A DNA stretch of 64,000 nucleotides, from contig CAVSLV010000001.1 of the NCBI GenBank assembly GCA_963728915.1, positions 640,001 to 704,000 on the forward strand, read 5' to 3'. Below, one piece after another: positions 17,762 through 27,624 of the stretch. The stretch's first letter is position 1; every line of letters starts with the position of its first letter. This DNA comes from an uncultured Gemmatimonadales bacterium (GTDB lineage Bacteria > Gemmatimonadota > Gemmatimonadetes > Gemmatimonadales > GWC2-71-9). The position numbers and the translations under genes were made by a program. The notes under the pieces are model-generated. The model saw nothing but the letters and a program-made list of their open reading frames with translations. It was not told the origin of the DNA and did no database searches.

Positions 17762-20188
17762 CTACTCCGCCCGGAGAGCGATGACCGGCTGCACACCAGT
17801 GGCCCGGCGGGCAGGAACGAAGCTCGCCAGGAGGCCGACCAGCGCGACGGTTATGATCACCAGGGTGAACACCGGCGGGTCCTGGGGCGACATCTCGAAC
17901 ATCAGGATCCCGATCACCCGGGTCAGGCCGAAGGCGATGAGCAACCCGGTCAGCAGGCCGATCCCCAGTTGCTTGCCTCCCTGGCGAAGCACCAGGCGGA
18001 TCACGTCGCCGGCGTCGGCGCCGAGCGCCATGCGGATGCCCAGCTCCCGGGTGCGGCGGCTCACCGAGAACGCCAGAACGCCATACAGACCCACCGTGGC
18101 CATGAAAAGCGCGGCCGCGCCGAAGACGATGAAGATCGAGCCGAAGACGTAGTAGTACCAGGTCTGCTGACGCACCACGCCAGCCATCGAGTCCACGTTG
18201 TAGATCGGCTGATTCGGGTTGAGGCCCTGCACCGTCTGGCGAACCGCGGTGGTCAGGGTCAGCGGGTCCGCATTGCTGGTCTGCGCCGCGATGCTCACGA
18301 ACCGGGGATCCCGCTGCATCATGGGAAGGTAGAACCCGGCGGGATCCCGATCGTCCGCATCCACGCCCTGCATGCGCATGTCCGAGACGACCCCGATCAC
18401 CGTGAACCATTGTCCCAGGCTGTCCCGATCGACCCGCAGCGCGAATCGCTGGCCGAGGGCCGGCCCTCCGTTGAAGTATTTCTCCACGAAGGGGCGGTTG
18501 ACGATGGCGACCGGGTCGACCCCCGAGCCATCGCGCTCGTCGAAGTCGCGGCCTTCGAGGATCGAGGCGCCGAAAGTTTCGAAGAAGTGGAGGCCCACCG
18601 TCGCGAGGTGCGCCTTGGGGTACTCCGCCCCTTCACCGTAGACCTTCCCCGGGAATCCGATATCGGTTCGGCCACCGGTCATCGGCAGGTTGGCGGTCAG
18701 CGCCGCCTGGCTCACCCCGGGCAGGGCACGGAGGCGCTGCTCCAGGTCCCGGAAGAATCGTCGACGGCTGGTGGTGTCGGGGTACTCGCTCTCGAACAGA
18801 CCGACCCGGGCCGTGAAGATCCGCTCGGTGGTGAACGGGAATCGGAAGGTTCTGAGGTTCGCGATGCTCCGGACCATGAGCCCGGCCCCGATGAGGAGTG
18901 CGCAGGACAGCGCGATTTCCGCGATGACGAGAATCCGGGTCAATCGCCCTCCCAGGACCCCCGAGCCGCGGGATTCGTCCTTCAGGGTGGAATTCACGTC
19001 GGTCTTGAGGACGTAGAACGCCGGGGCGAGACCCGCGAGAACTGCGGTGAGCAGGGTGATGCCCAGCATGAACGCCAGGACGGGGAGGTCGAGCCTGAAT
19101 GCCATGTAGTAGGGCTTGCCGACGCTCCGGGTGGCGCCGTCGAACAGGGTGATTCCCACGTACGCGATCACGGTTCCCAGCAGCGCGCCGACGAAGGACA
19201 GCACGAAGGTCTCCGCGAAGAACGGCGTGACGACGCGGAGCCGGGAAGCGCCAATCGCGGCGCGTACCGCCGCTTCCCGGGTCCGAAGGGTGGCGCGGGC
19301 CATCAGGAGGTTCGCCACGTTCGCAATCGCGATGAGGAGCACGAAGATCGTGGCCACCTGCATTCCCCCAAACACGGCCCGCAGCTCGGAACCGGTATTG
19401 TCCTGAACGAAGGTCCGAAACCGGGTGGTGAAGCCGCCGTCCACCTTGGGATAGGCGCGCGCCAGCCGATCGGAGATCTGGGCGAACTCGAGCACCGCCT
19501 GATCCATCGAAACCCCTGGGTTGAGTCTCCCGAAAACCCGGAACTGGTCGCCCTCACCTCGGGCCTTGAGCTCGGCGCGGTTATCGCGCCGCGCCACCCA
19601 GAGGTCCTGGTTTTCGGGAAACCGAAAGGCCTTCGGCATCACGCCGAGGATTGTCGCGGCTTCCCCGTTCACGATGACCGCCTTGCCGATTACTCCGGGG
19701 TCCTTCCGGTAGCGGTCCTCCCAGACTCGATACCCGAGCACCACGGTGAGCGGGGCCCCGGCCGCATCGTCGCCTTGCCGGAAGGTCGAGCCCAGCGCCG
19801 CCTTGACCCGAAGGGCGTCGAACACCCCAGCCGTCACGAAGGCCCCGTCATACCGTTCGGGGCCTTCCGTGCCCGCAACGTTGACGGTCCCGGTGTAGTA
19901 CGCCGCCATGGATTCGAAGGAGCGCTGCTGTTCCCGCAAGTCGTAATACTCATGAATCGGGATGCTGCTCCACTCGATGTGCTGAGCGGGATTGGTGCGG
20001 AGAATCAGGGTAACCCGGCTCGGCTCCGGGATCGGATGGCCTCGAAAAAAGACCCCGTACAGGAGCGACCACACCGTGGTGCACATCCCGATGCCGAGGG
20101 CGAGGGTGAAGCTCGTGATGATGGCGGAGATTGGCTGCTTACGAAGGCCCCGGATGCCAAGGAGCATGTCGTGCCAGGGAAGCCGCAC
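17762..20188 (-). CDS. ADOP/MacB-FtsX-type ABC transporter permease
   Basis: TLALGIG, VLLIAIANVANL, VRAAIGA and RRTRELGIRMALGA; duplicated architecture. Confidence 0.92.
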   Translation of the reverse strand: MRLPWHDMLLGIRGLRKQPISAIITSFTLALGIGMCTTVWSLLYGVFFRGHPIPEPSRVTLILRTNPAQHIEWSSIPIHEYYDLREQQRSFESMAAYYTGTVNVAGTEGPERYDGAFVTAGVFDALRVKAALGSTFRQGDDAAGAPLTVVLGYRVWEDRYRKDPGVIGKAVIVNGEAATILGVMPKAFRFPENQDLWVARRDNRAELKARGEGDQFRVFGRLNPGVSMDQAVLEFAQISDRLARAYPKVDGGFTTRFRTFVQDNTGSELRAVFGGMQVATIFVLLIAIANVANLLMARATLRTREAAVRAAIGASRLRVVTPFFAETFVLSFVGALLGTVIAYVGITLFDGATRSVGKPYYMAFRLDLPVLAFMLGITLLTAVLAGLAPAFYVLKTDVNSTLKDESRGSGVLGGRLTRILVIAEIALSCALLIGAGLMVRSIANLRTFRFPFTTERIFTARVGLFESEYPDTTSRRRFFRDLEQRLRALPGVSQAALTANLPMTGGRTDIGFPGKVYGEGAEYPKAHLATVGLHFFETFGASILEGRDFDERDGSGVDPVAIVNRPFVEKYFNGGPALGQRFALRVDRDSLGQWFTVIGVVSDMRMQGVDADDRDPAGFYLPMMQRDPRFVSIAAQTSNADPLTLTTAVRQTVQGLNPNQPIYNVDSMAGVVRQQTWYYYVFGSIFIVFGAAALFMATVGLYGVLAFSVSRRTRELGIRMALGADAGDVIRLVLRQGGKQLGIGLLTGLLIAFGLTRVIGILMFEMSPQDPPVFTLVIITVALVGLLASFVPARRATGVQPVIALRAE

Positions 20189-20275
20189 GGGCGCAGTCCG
20201 GTCGAAGTGAGTGGGGCCCTACGGCCTCCTGCGGGTGAAGTTTCAGATCGGAACACCTGACCTCAGGGCCTTCTC

Positions 20276-21523
20276 CTATTTGACATCGTTCCGGAGAATC
20301 ACGCCCCCTTTCATGACGAAGACCACCCGGCGAAGGGCGGTAATATCGGTGGCGGGATCCCCGTCCACCGCGATCAGGTCGGCCGCATATCCCGGCGCCA
20401 GTCTTCCGATCGAAGCCCCCATGCCGATCGCTTCCGCCGCCAGCGAGGTGGCCGAGACAATCGCGTCCATGGGCTTCTGGCCTCCCGCCTGCACCCGGCA
20501 GATCAGCTCTTCGACGTTCCGGCCATCCGCCCCGGCTACCGCGTCGGTGCCGAATACCACTTTGAGCCCCGGGATGGCCAGCGCCCGCTTGAACGCCGCT
20601 GTTGCCAGGGGAATGGCCCGCTCCATCGAGGCGAATCCCTCGTCGTTGTAGTTACCGATTCCCTGGTACTTGGCCCGATTGTCGAGGTAGTTGCGGAAGA
20701 CCAGGCAGACCTGCGGATCGAACCAGGTTCCTCGTTGCGCCATCTCCCGCAGCACCTCGTCGGTCGCGAAGACGCCGTGCTCGACCTGGGTGCAGCCTGC
20801 CCGGCTTGCCGCCAGCATGCTTTCGGCGGAGTGGGCGTGCACCAGCGTTCTGAGTCCCAGCGCCTTGGCCTCGCCGCAGGCGGCTTCGAGCTGGGCATCG
20901 GTCATGGTCTGGGCGCCCCCTTCGCGAATCGACTTCGAGGCGAACAGCTTGATGAGGTCGGCGCCGTTCGCCCTGGCCTGGCGGACTTTGGCCCGGAGCT
21001 CCTCGGGCGAGCCGCTCTGCTCGGAGAAGCTCCCCAGCGAGCTTAACACGCGGGGCCCCGGGATCTCGCCCCGCGCGATCGCCTCGCGATAGCGCTTGTC
21101 CTCCGGCGACCCGACGCTCTGCACGGTGGTGATGCCGTTCCGAACCGTCGCCAGCAGGTTCTCGCGGATCGCGGCATCGGCCTGTTCGGCGGTTTCTCCA
21201 TCGTTCCCGGTGTGAAGCCGCCCCCGGGGATTGAAATGCCAGGCGAAGTGGACGTGCCCGTCGATGAGGCCGGGGAGGACCGTGAATCTGGAGAGATCGA
21301 TGGTTTTCCCGCCCGGGGACGCACTCCCCATCGAACCGATCACGCCATTGCTCACCACGATGACCGGCTGGCGCACGCTCTTGCCGGTGCCGTCGAGCAC
21401 CACTCCGGTGCGAAGCACCACCGGCGCCTGGGCGGTTGCGGAGCGGGGCCCCCCGAAGGAAAAGGGAGAAACCAGCTGCAGAGCGGAAAGTGCGAGCACC
21501 ATCCGGACGTTGGGCATGGACAT
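20276..21523 (-). CDS. Secreted metal-dependent amidohydrolase
   Basis: PGLIDGHVH, IKLFAS, HAH, EHG, GTDA and ADLIAVDGDP. Start is 21523 or 21517. Confidence 0.9.
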   Translation of the reverse strand: MSMPNVRMVLALSALQLVSPFSFGGPRSATAQAPVVLRTGVVLDGTGKSVRQPVIVVSNGVIGSMGSASPGGKTIDLSRFTVLPGLIDGHVHFAWHFNPRGRLHTGNDGETAEQADAAIRENLLATVRNGITTVQSVGSPEDKRYREAIARGEIPGPRVLSSLGSFSEQSGSPEELRAKVRQARANGADLIKLFASKSIREGGAQTMTDAQLEAACGEAKALGLRTLVHAHSAESMLAASRAGCTQVEHGVFATDEVLREMAQRGTWFDPQVCLVFRNYLDNRAKYQGIGNYNDEGFASMERAIPLATAAFKRALAIPGLKVVFGTDAVAGADGRNVEELICRVQAGGQKPMDAIVSATSLAAEAIGMGASIGRLAPGYAADLIAVDGDPATDITALRRVVFVMKGGVILRNDVK

Positions 21524-21587
21524 CGGGCCTCGGAAGGCATGGGTTGCGTCAAGAGCGGGGCTGGCAGGATTATACCACCTCGCCGCA

Positions 21588-23798
21588 ATGCGTCTTCCCC
21601 TCCTCGTGGTTCTTGCCGGGTTGTTCGGCGGACCTGCCTCGGCCCAGTCGGTCGAGGAGTCGATGCCGCTCACCCGACTCGCCGGACCGATCCGGCTGGA
21701 TGGCCGTCTCGATGAGCCGGCCTGGGACGCCGTCCCGCCGCTTCCCCTCGCCATGTACACCCCGACGTTCGGCGGCGCGCTCACCGAGCGTACCGAAATC
21801 CGGGTGGCCTACGACGACCGGTATCTCTACGTCGGGGGGCGGATGTATGACTCGGAGGCCCGGCGGGTGCGGACCAACACGTTCTACCGGGATCGCTACT
21901 CGGGCGACGATATCATGGCCATCGTGCTCGATACCTACAACGATCGCCAAACCGCTTCCTGGTTCACCGTGAATCCCGCCGGTACCCGGATCGATCGGGC
22001 GCTCTCCAACGACGGGGAATACAGCAACGGCGATCCCATGAACGACAACTGGAATACGTTCTGGGACGTCGCCACCAGCCAGGACGATGAAGGTTGGTAC
22101 GCGGAAATGCGCATTCCGTTCTCCAGCCTCGGCTTCCAGGATATCGACGGCCGGGTCACCATGGGCCTGATCGCCTACCGCCTGGTGGCCCGGAAGAACG
22201 AACGGCAGCTCTTTCCCGCCATCCCGCCGAACTGGGACCTCGGGTTCGCCAAGCCTTCGCAGGCCCGCCGGGTGTCGCTCGAGGGCGTGCACAGCCGCCG
22301 CCCGGTGTACCTCACGCCGTACACCCTCGGTGGCCTGACCTGGGAAGCGGCCCTCGATACCGCGCAACACCGGTATGTCCGTCCCGCCGAGCACACCGCG
22401 GAAGCGGGACTGGACCTGCGATACAGCCCGACGTCCAACCTGTCGCTCGACCTGACCGTCAATACCGACTTTGCCCAGGTGGAAGCGGACGACCAGCAGG
22501 TCAACCTGACCCGCTTCGATCTCTTCTTTCCCGAGAAGCGCCAGTTCTTCCAGGAGCGGTCGTCGATTTTCGAGTTCAACACCGGCGGCTCGAGCCGGCT
22601 CTTTCACAGTCGCACCATCGGGCTGGTGGATGGTGCGCCGATCCGGATCCTGGGAGGAGCCCGCCTGGTGGGGCGGGTCGGGAGCTGGGACCTTGGCTTC
22701 CTCAACATGCAGACCGCCTCGATGGATACCGTGGACTCGGAGAACTTCGGGGTGCTCAGGCTTCGCCGCGGGGTATTCAATGCCAACTCGACCATCGGGG
22801 CGATGGTCACCACCCGGATCGATACGGAGGGCCGCCACAACGTCGCCGCGGGCGTGGACGCCCTGGTGCGTCCGGTGGGGGAAGAATACCTGACGGTCCG
22901 ATTCGCCCAGACCTACACGACGGGGAGTCCTAACCCGCCGCTGGACTGGGACCAGAGCCGCCTCATGGTGCGCTGGGAGCGCCGGAACCAGGTCGGCCCC
23001 GGGTACGCGGCGGAGTTCATCCGGTCCGGCCCGGGGTACAACGCCGGGATGGGCTTCATCTTCCGCAACGACTTCACCTCCCTCGAGCTCCGGCCCCGCT
23101 ACGCCTGGCTGGTCGGGGCCCGGTCGCCGTTCCGCAGCGTGTTCGTCGGCGCGCCGGGTCATTCCTACTGGAGAAACGCCGACCACACGGTGGAATCCGC
23201 CGACTGGTCGCTTCAGCTCGGCGCCGAGCTCAAGAGCGGGGAGAATCTCCAGCTCACGTTCCGTGACAACTACGAGAGCATTCGCGACCCGTTCGAAATT
23301 TCGGGGGGCGCCGACGTGGTTCCAGGCAACTTCTGGTTCCCGCAGGTGGAGTTCGGGCTCGAGGGCGCCCGATCCGCGAGTCTCAGGCCGACGTTTCTGG
23401 TCGGGGCCGGACGGTTCTATGATGGCAGCAGGGTCTATCTGTCAGCCCACCCGGCATGGAATCCGACCCGGTATGTGGAGCTTGGAGTGGACTACGACTA
23501 CAACCGGATCCGGTTCGCCCAACGGAATCAGCGGCTCGACCTCCACGTAGTGCGGCTCCGGATCCAGACCGCCCTGAACGTCCATGTCTCCCTGGCGACG
23601 CTGTTGCAATACGACAATGCCGACGACGCGATCGGCATCAATGCCAGGTTTCGGTACAACTTCCAGGAAGGGAGAGATCTCTGGTTCGTCTACAATGAGG
23701 CCCTGAACACCGATCGGCCCCTCCTGGTCGCGCCGCGGCTGCCCGGGACCCAGCGGCGCGCCTTTCTGGTCAAGTACACCCACACCCTGGGATTCTGA
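21588..23798 (+). CDS. Carbohydrate-binding family 9-like domain plus DUF5916-type outer-membrane protein
   Basis: Signal peptide, IRLDGRLDEPAW, WYAEMRIPF, TVNTDFAQVEAD and FFPEKRQFFQE. Confidence 0.8.
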   Translation: MRLPLLVVLAGLFGGPASAQSVEESMPLTRLAGPIRLDGRLDEPAWDAVPPLPLAMYTPTFGGALTERTEIRVAYDDRYLYVGGRMYDSEARRVRTNTFYRDRYSGDDIMAIVLDTYNDRQTASWFTVNPAGTRIDRALSNDGEYSNGDPMNDNWNTFWDVATSQDDEGWYAEMRIPFSSLGFQDIDGRVTMGLIAYRLVARKNERQLFPAIPPNWDLGFAKPSQARRVSLEGVHSRRPVYLTPYTLGGLTWEAALDTAQHRYVRPAEHTAEAGLDLRYSPTSNLSLDLTVNTDFAQVEADDQQVNLTRFDLFFPEKRQFFQERSSIFEFNTGGSSRLFHSRTIGLVDGAPIRILGGARLVGRVGSWDLGFLNMQTASMDTVDSENFGVLRLRRGVFNANSTIGAMVTTRIDTEGRHNVAAGVDALVRPVGEEYLTVRFAQTYTTGSPNPPLDWDQSRLMVRWERRNQVGPGYAAEFIRSGPGYNAGMGFIFRNDFTSLELRPRYAWLVGARSPFRSVFVGAPGHSYWRNADHTVESADWSLQLGAELKSGENLQLTFRDNYESIRDPFEISGGADVVPGNFWFPQVEFGLEGARSASLRPTFLVGAGRFYDGSRVYLSAHPAWNPTRYVELGVDYDYNRIRFAQRNQRLDLHVVRLRIQTALNVHVSLATLLQYDNADDAIGINARFRYNFQEGRDLWFVYNEALNTDRPLLVAPRLPGTQRRAFLVKYTHTLGF

Positions 23799-23858
23799 GC
23801 CCCGCCCCCACGGCCGTTCGGCCGCTCCGGGCAGCTTGACTCGGCCGGGCTTGGCGCC

Positions 23859-25013
23859 CTATTTGTAAAGATCGTAGTCCTTGAGGAGGGAGACTTCACC
23901 GGCGTGAAGGTAGGCCGGCTTGGCCAGCTCCTGTGCGTACATCGCGGCGATCGTTGGGGCGGCCGACAGATCGTTGTTTTTCCAGCCTGATGCCAAGTAA
24001 TAGCTCGAGGTAGTCCAGTCGAAGTTGATATAGGTGAACCACTTGATTTCCGGGCGCGCGGTGATCAGGGAGAAGTACGGCGTAAACCATTGGCTCCACA
24101 CCTGGCCCGCGCCTTCCGCCGTGGAGAGATCAAACTGGGAGGGGGAGCTCTCCGCGATCACCACGGGCTTTCCGCTCGCGACCGCCATGTCCAGAAAGGT
24201 CAGGGCGCGGCCGTAGCTCGTCGATCCGCCATGGCCAGACGGGGGCCCTGACAGGTCGGCCGAGGCGAACAGGTCGATCGAGAACCAGTCCACCATGTCC
24301 TCGCCCGGGTACCATTTGAACTCTCCCATCTCATTCTGATCGGCGAAGTCTCCGGGCGCCGCCGGCTCGTAGCACCACACGAACGCGACATTGCCCGCGC
24401 CCGCGGACCGGAACAGGTTCACGATCTTCCGAAACGCCTTGGGAAAGTCGTATGGGTGATACCCGTTCCACGCCCCGTTGAACTCGCCCCCGATTCGGAC
24501 CAGCGCGGGCTTCCGGTACCCGGCAAACACGAGAGCCAGGTCGAGGAGCCGTTGATCCCATGTGCTGCTCTTCGCCACCTCGTCATCGATGCCGAAGAGC
24601 GGGTCGGGGAGCTGGGTTCCCGGCACCGGCTGATTGCCTCGAAGGGCAATGTCCGCGAGCGGAATCCTCCCCGCTGCGCCAATCGCCGCGAGATGAGCGG
24701 CAATCTGGGTGGGATTCCAGGGCCGCGTGGTATCGGCGATAGTCAGGAAAATCAGCTCCGACGCCGGCTGGCTCTTCGGGTTGAGCAGCGCCGTGTATTG
24801 GGGATTGTAGGCCTCCCACTGACCCATCCCATGAACGACCCGGCCTGTGGGAGGCTCGAACTTCGCCCCGAACTGGTAGGTCGGCGCCTGAGGAGCTGGG
24901 GCGGGGACTGCGGGGGAATCCCCTGGCTCCCCCGGTGTCCGCGCCTCCGCACAGGAGAAGAGAACTGACAACAGGAGGACGCTCGTGGCTTTCCCGCCTG
25001 ACCGATTTGTCAT
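23859..25013 (-). CDS. Glycoside hydrolase family 26-like lipoprotein
   Basis: Lipobox LFSC, RIGGEFNGAWN, WYPGEDMVDWFSID and KPVVIAE. Confidence 0.78.
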   Translation of the reverse strand: MTNRSGGKATSVLLLSVLFSCAEARTPGEPGDSPAVPAPAPQAPTYQFGAKFEPPTGRVVHGMGQWEAYNPQYTALLNPKSQPASELIFLTIADTTRPWNPTQIAAHLAAIGAAGRIPLADIALRGNQPVPGTQLPDPLFGIDDEVAKSSTWDQRLLDLALVFAGYRKPALVRIGGEFNGAWNGYHPYDFPKAFRKIVNLFRSAGAGNVAFVWCYEPAAPGDFADQNEMGEFKWYPGEDMVDWFSIDLFASADLSGPPSGHGGSTSYGRALTFLDMAVASGKPVVIAESSPSQFDLSTAEGAGQVWSQWFTPYFSLITARPEIKWFTYINFDWTTSSYYLASGWKNNDLSAAPTIAAMYAQELAKPAYLHAGEVSLLKDYDLYK

Positions 25014-25223
25014 CCCCAGCTCCGGAACGGGTTCTGAATCGTGACACCGGAAGCCGGCGGCGCCCCGACGGCGTCGCTGGATGCGCGGGTTATTTCACCG
25101 CGCAAAGTCTGGCAATGTCGCGCTTGACTCCCTGGCTGCCGGAACCGGGTCACACCCCGTCCACCGAGACGAAACCCGGTGCTCGATCCACGGCCGCGGG
25201 TGAGAGTATCTTGCGTGGCGCCG

Positions 25224-25589
25224 ATGCCGGTCAGCCGCGAATACCTCCAATTCGTTCTCGATCAGCTGGTCCCGGTCGGGACGATCGAGCATCGCCGGAT
25301 GTTCGGCGGCATCGGTCTGTATGCCCAATCATTGTTCTTCGCTCTTATCGATGACGACACTCTCTTCTTCAAGGTGAACGATCGCACTCGACCGGGATAC
25401 CGGGAGGCCGGGGCGGTGGGTTTCGATCCTTACGGGGATGGCCGAGCCTCGTTCAACTACATGACTGTCCCTGTCGAGGTGCTGGAAGATCGTGAGACGC
25501 TTCGGGCCTGGGCCCACGATGCAATTGACGTGGCGCGAGAGGCGACCCGGGCCAAACCGGCTCGGCAAGGCCGCGAGCGGCGGGAGTAG
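25224..25589 (+). CDS. TfoX/Sxy N-terminal domain protein
   Basis: RRMFGGIGLY, FALIDDDTLFFKV and YMTVPVEVLED. Confidence 0.88.
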   Translation: MPVSREYLQFVLDQLVPVGTIEHRRMFGGIGLYAQSLFFALIDDDTLFFKVNDRTRPGYREAGAVGFDPYGDGRASFNYMTVPVEVLEDRETLRAWAHDAIDVAREATRAKPARQGRERRE

Positions 25590-25595
25590 TCTTCC

Positions 25596-26366
25596 ATGCC
25601 AGACGGGTTCGGGCCCCAGCCCGATTGGGGGTCCGTCGTGCGCGCCGCGCTCCGGGAAGATCGGGTGCGTGAAGACGTCACCACCGGGCTGCTGGGTGCG
25701 GCAGGGACCCAGGAGGCGGAGGGGCAGTTCGTGGCCGAGGAGCGCCTGGTCCTGGCCGGGCTTCCCGGGGTCGAAATCGTCCTGCACGAGCTGGATCCCC
25801 TGGCGGAGGTGCTGCTCGGCGCGGAGCGGGTGGTCCTCAACCTGTTGCAGCATCTCTCCGGGATTGCCACCGCGACCCGGCGGCTGGTGGAGCTGGTCTC
25901 GGGAACGGCCGCCCGGATCACCCACACCCGCAAGACCCTGCCGGGACTTCGTGGCCTCGAGCTCTATGCCGTCTCGGTCGGCGGGGGCGTGCCCAACCGG
26001 GCCTCCCTGGCGGACGCGGTCCTCGGGAAGGACAACCACTGGGCCCTGCTGGGGGATCCGAGCGGGTTAGGAGAGGCCCTGAAGGCCGCCCCGGCGGGTT
26101 GCGAGGTGGTTGTCGAGGTGGAGACCGGGGCCCAGCTCGAGGTCGCGCTCGCCGCGGGAGTACGGCATCTCCTTCTGGATAATCAAACTCCGGAGCAGGT
26201 GGCCCGCTGGGTGCGGCAGGCCGGGCCGAACGTCACCATCCAGGCCTCGGGTGGGATCACCGAGTCGACCGCACGGGCCTATGCCGAGGCCGGCGCCCAC
26301 CTCCTGGCGGTCGGGCAGATCACCCACTCGGTGCGGGCCGCCGCGATCCGCTGCGACGTGCTATAG
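25596..26366 (+). CDS. nadC: Nicotinate-nucleotide diphosphorylase (quinolinate phosphoribosyltransferase), apparently with an internal deletion
   Basis: EDVTT, AERVVLNLLQHLSGIAT, TRKTLPGLR, KDNH, VEVE, LLDN and SGGI. Confidence 0.85.
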   Translation: MPDGFGPQPDWGSVVRAALREDRVREDVTTGLLGAAGTQEAEGQFVAEERLVLAGLPGVEIVLHELDPLAEVLLGAERVVLNLLQHLSGIATATRRLVELVSGTAARITHTRKTLPGLRGLELYAVSVGGGVPNRASLADAVLGKDNHWALLGDPSGLGEALKAAPAGCEVVVEVETGAQLEVALAAGVRHLLLDNQTPEQVARWVRQAGPNVTIQASGGITESTARAYAEAGAHLLAVGQITHSVRAAAIRCDVL

Positions 26367-26373
26367 TATTGGC

Positions 26374-27438
26374 ATGCCTATCCCAATCCTGTTCCTGCTG
26401 GGGCTCGCTGCCCCTGCCTCCGGCCGGGCGGCCGCCATCCCGGCCATCGCGCCCTGCACCAGCCCGACAGCTCCCTGTGAACGCTGGATCATCTACGGCA
26501 AGGGCCCGGCCCGCTCCATGGTGTACGCATCCTTCCCGCTCGACGTCCGGAACCCGGCGATCACTCGTGCCCTCGTCATGGTGCATGGCGCGGGGAGGAA
26601 CGCCGACCACTATTTCGCCAGCTCGATGGCAGCCGCGTTCCTTGCCGGGGCACTCGACAACACCATCGTCATAGCCCCCCGGATGGCCGCCGGTCGGGAT
26701 TCGGTGAAAGCCAACGAAGTGGTGTGGCCCGAAGGAGCGAACAGCTGGCGCTCGGGAGGGGTGTCGCCCAGCAATCCGCCGCTCAGCTCCTTCGACTTCG
26801 TCGATGAAATCGTCCGTCGGCTGGCTGACAAGAAGATGTTTCCCAACCTGGCGAAGATCGTGGTGGCGGGCCATTCCGCGGGTGGCCAGTTCGCTAACCG
26901 GTATGAGATGGCCAACAAGGTTCACAACACGCCCGGCGTCGCCGTCACCTACGTGGTCGCCAACCCTTCCAGCTACGCCTGGCCAGCCGAGGTGCGCCCG
27001 CTTCCCACCGGAAATGCCGATCCGAACGGCGCCGACAAGGAAGCGCTCGGCCCCAACGGCGAAAAGATCAATTCGACGTTTTCGTTTGGTCCGTTCGATT
27101 CGGCCAAGGCGCCCAGGTACAACCGCTGGCCTTCCGGGCTCGACAGTCTCAGCGGGTATACGGCCGGGATGAGCGCCGAGCATCTTCGGAAGCAGTTGGT
27201 CGAACGTCCCACGACCTACCTGCTGGGCCAGGTGGATGTGCTGCCTCTGGGCGGATTCGATTCCTCGCCCAACGCGATGGCGCAGGGCCCCACCCGGCGG
27301 GCCCGCGGCGAGGCCTTCTTCAAGTACGTGACCGAAGTCATGGGCGCCAAACACCAGGCGATCATCGTTCCCGAGTGCGGCCACAACGACCGCTGCATCT
27401 ATACGACCGATATCGTGTTCCCGGTGATCTTCCCCTGA
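26374..27438 (+). CDS. Secreted alpha/beta hydrolase
   Basis: Signal peptide, VHGAGRNA, nucleophile elbow GHSAGG, VANPSSY and CGH. Confidence 0.85.
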   Translation: MPIPILFLLGLAAPASGRAAAIPAIAPCTSPTAPCERWIIYGKGPARSMVYASFPLDVRNPAITRALVMVHGAGRNADHYFASSMAAAFLAGALDNTIVIAPRMAAGRDSVKANEVVWPEGANSWRSGGVSPSNPPLSSFDFVDEIVRRLADKKMFPNLAKIVVAGHSAGGQFANRYEMANKVHNTPGVAVTYVVANPSSYAWPAEVRPLPTGNADPNGADKEALGPNGEKINSTFSFGPFDSAKAPRYNRWPSGLDSLSGYTAGMSAEHLRKQLVERPTTYLLGQVDVLPLGGFDSSPNAMAQGPTRRARGEAFFKYVTEVMGAKHQAIIVPECGHNDRCIYTTDIVFPVIFP

Positions 27439-27491
27439 GAGGGTGACGACGGGCCGGTGCTTGCGGGGCCGGGCCGGAGCGTCTTTCAGGC

Positions 27492-27620
27492 ATGAGCAAA
27501 CTGTTACGCGGTCTCGCGGCGGGTTACGGTGCGAAGAAGCTGGGTGGCGGATGCCTGGGGACGATTCTGGTGTTTTTCCTCCTCTGGTGGCTCCTGGGCC
27601 ATTTCCGGGTTTTCCAATAA
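27492..27620 (+). CDS. Small 42-aa membrane protein (not in the ORF track)
   Basis: ATG 27492 to TAA 27620 gives MSKLLRGLAAGYGAKKLGGGCLGTILVFFLLWWLLGHFRVFQ and fills the intergenic gap. Confidence 0.65.
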   Translation: MSKLLRGLAAGYGAKKLGGGCLGTILVFFLLWWLLGHFRVFQ

Positions 27621-27624
27621 CAGA

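Noticed and set aside
17762..20188. ADOP permease as the RiPP exporter
   Set aside because: It is 10 kb away with unrelated genes in between, and such permeases are abundant paralogues. No evidence of a link.
25224..25589. TfoX plus pilin as a competence system
   Set aside because: Stand-alone TfoX-N proteins are widespread, the two genes are 17 kb apart, and no com/pil machinery is present.
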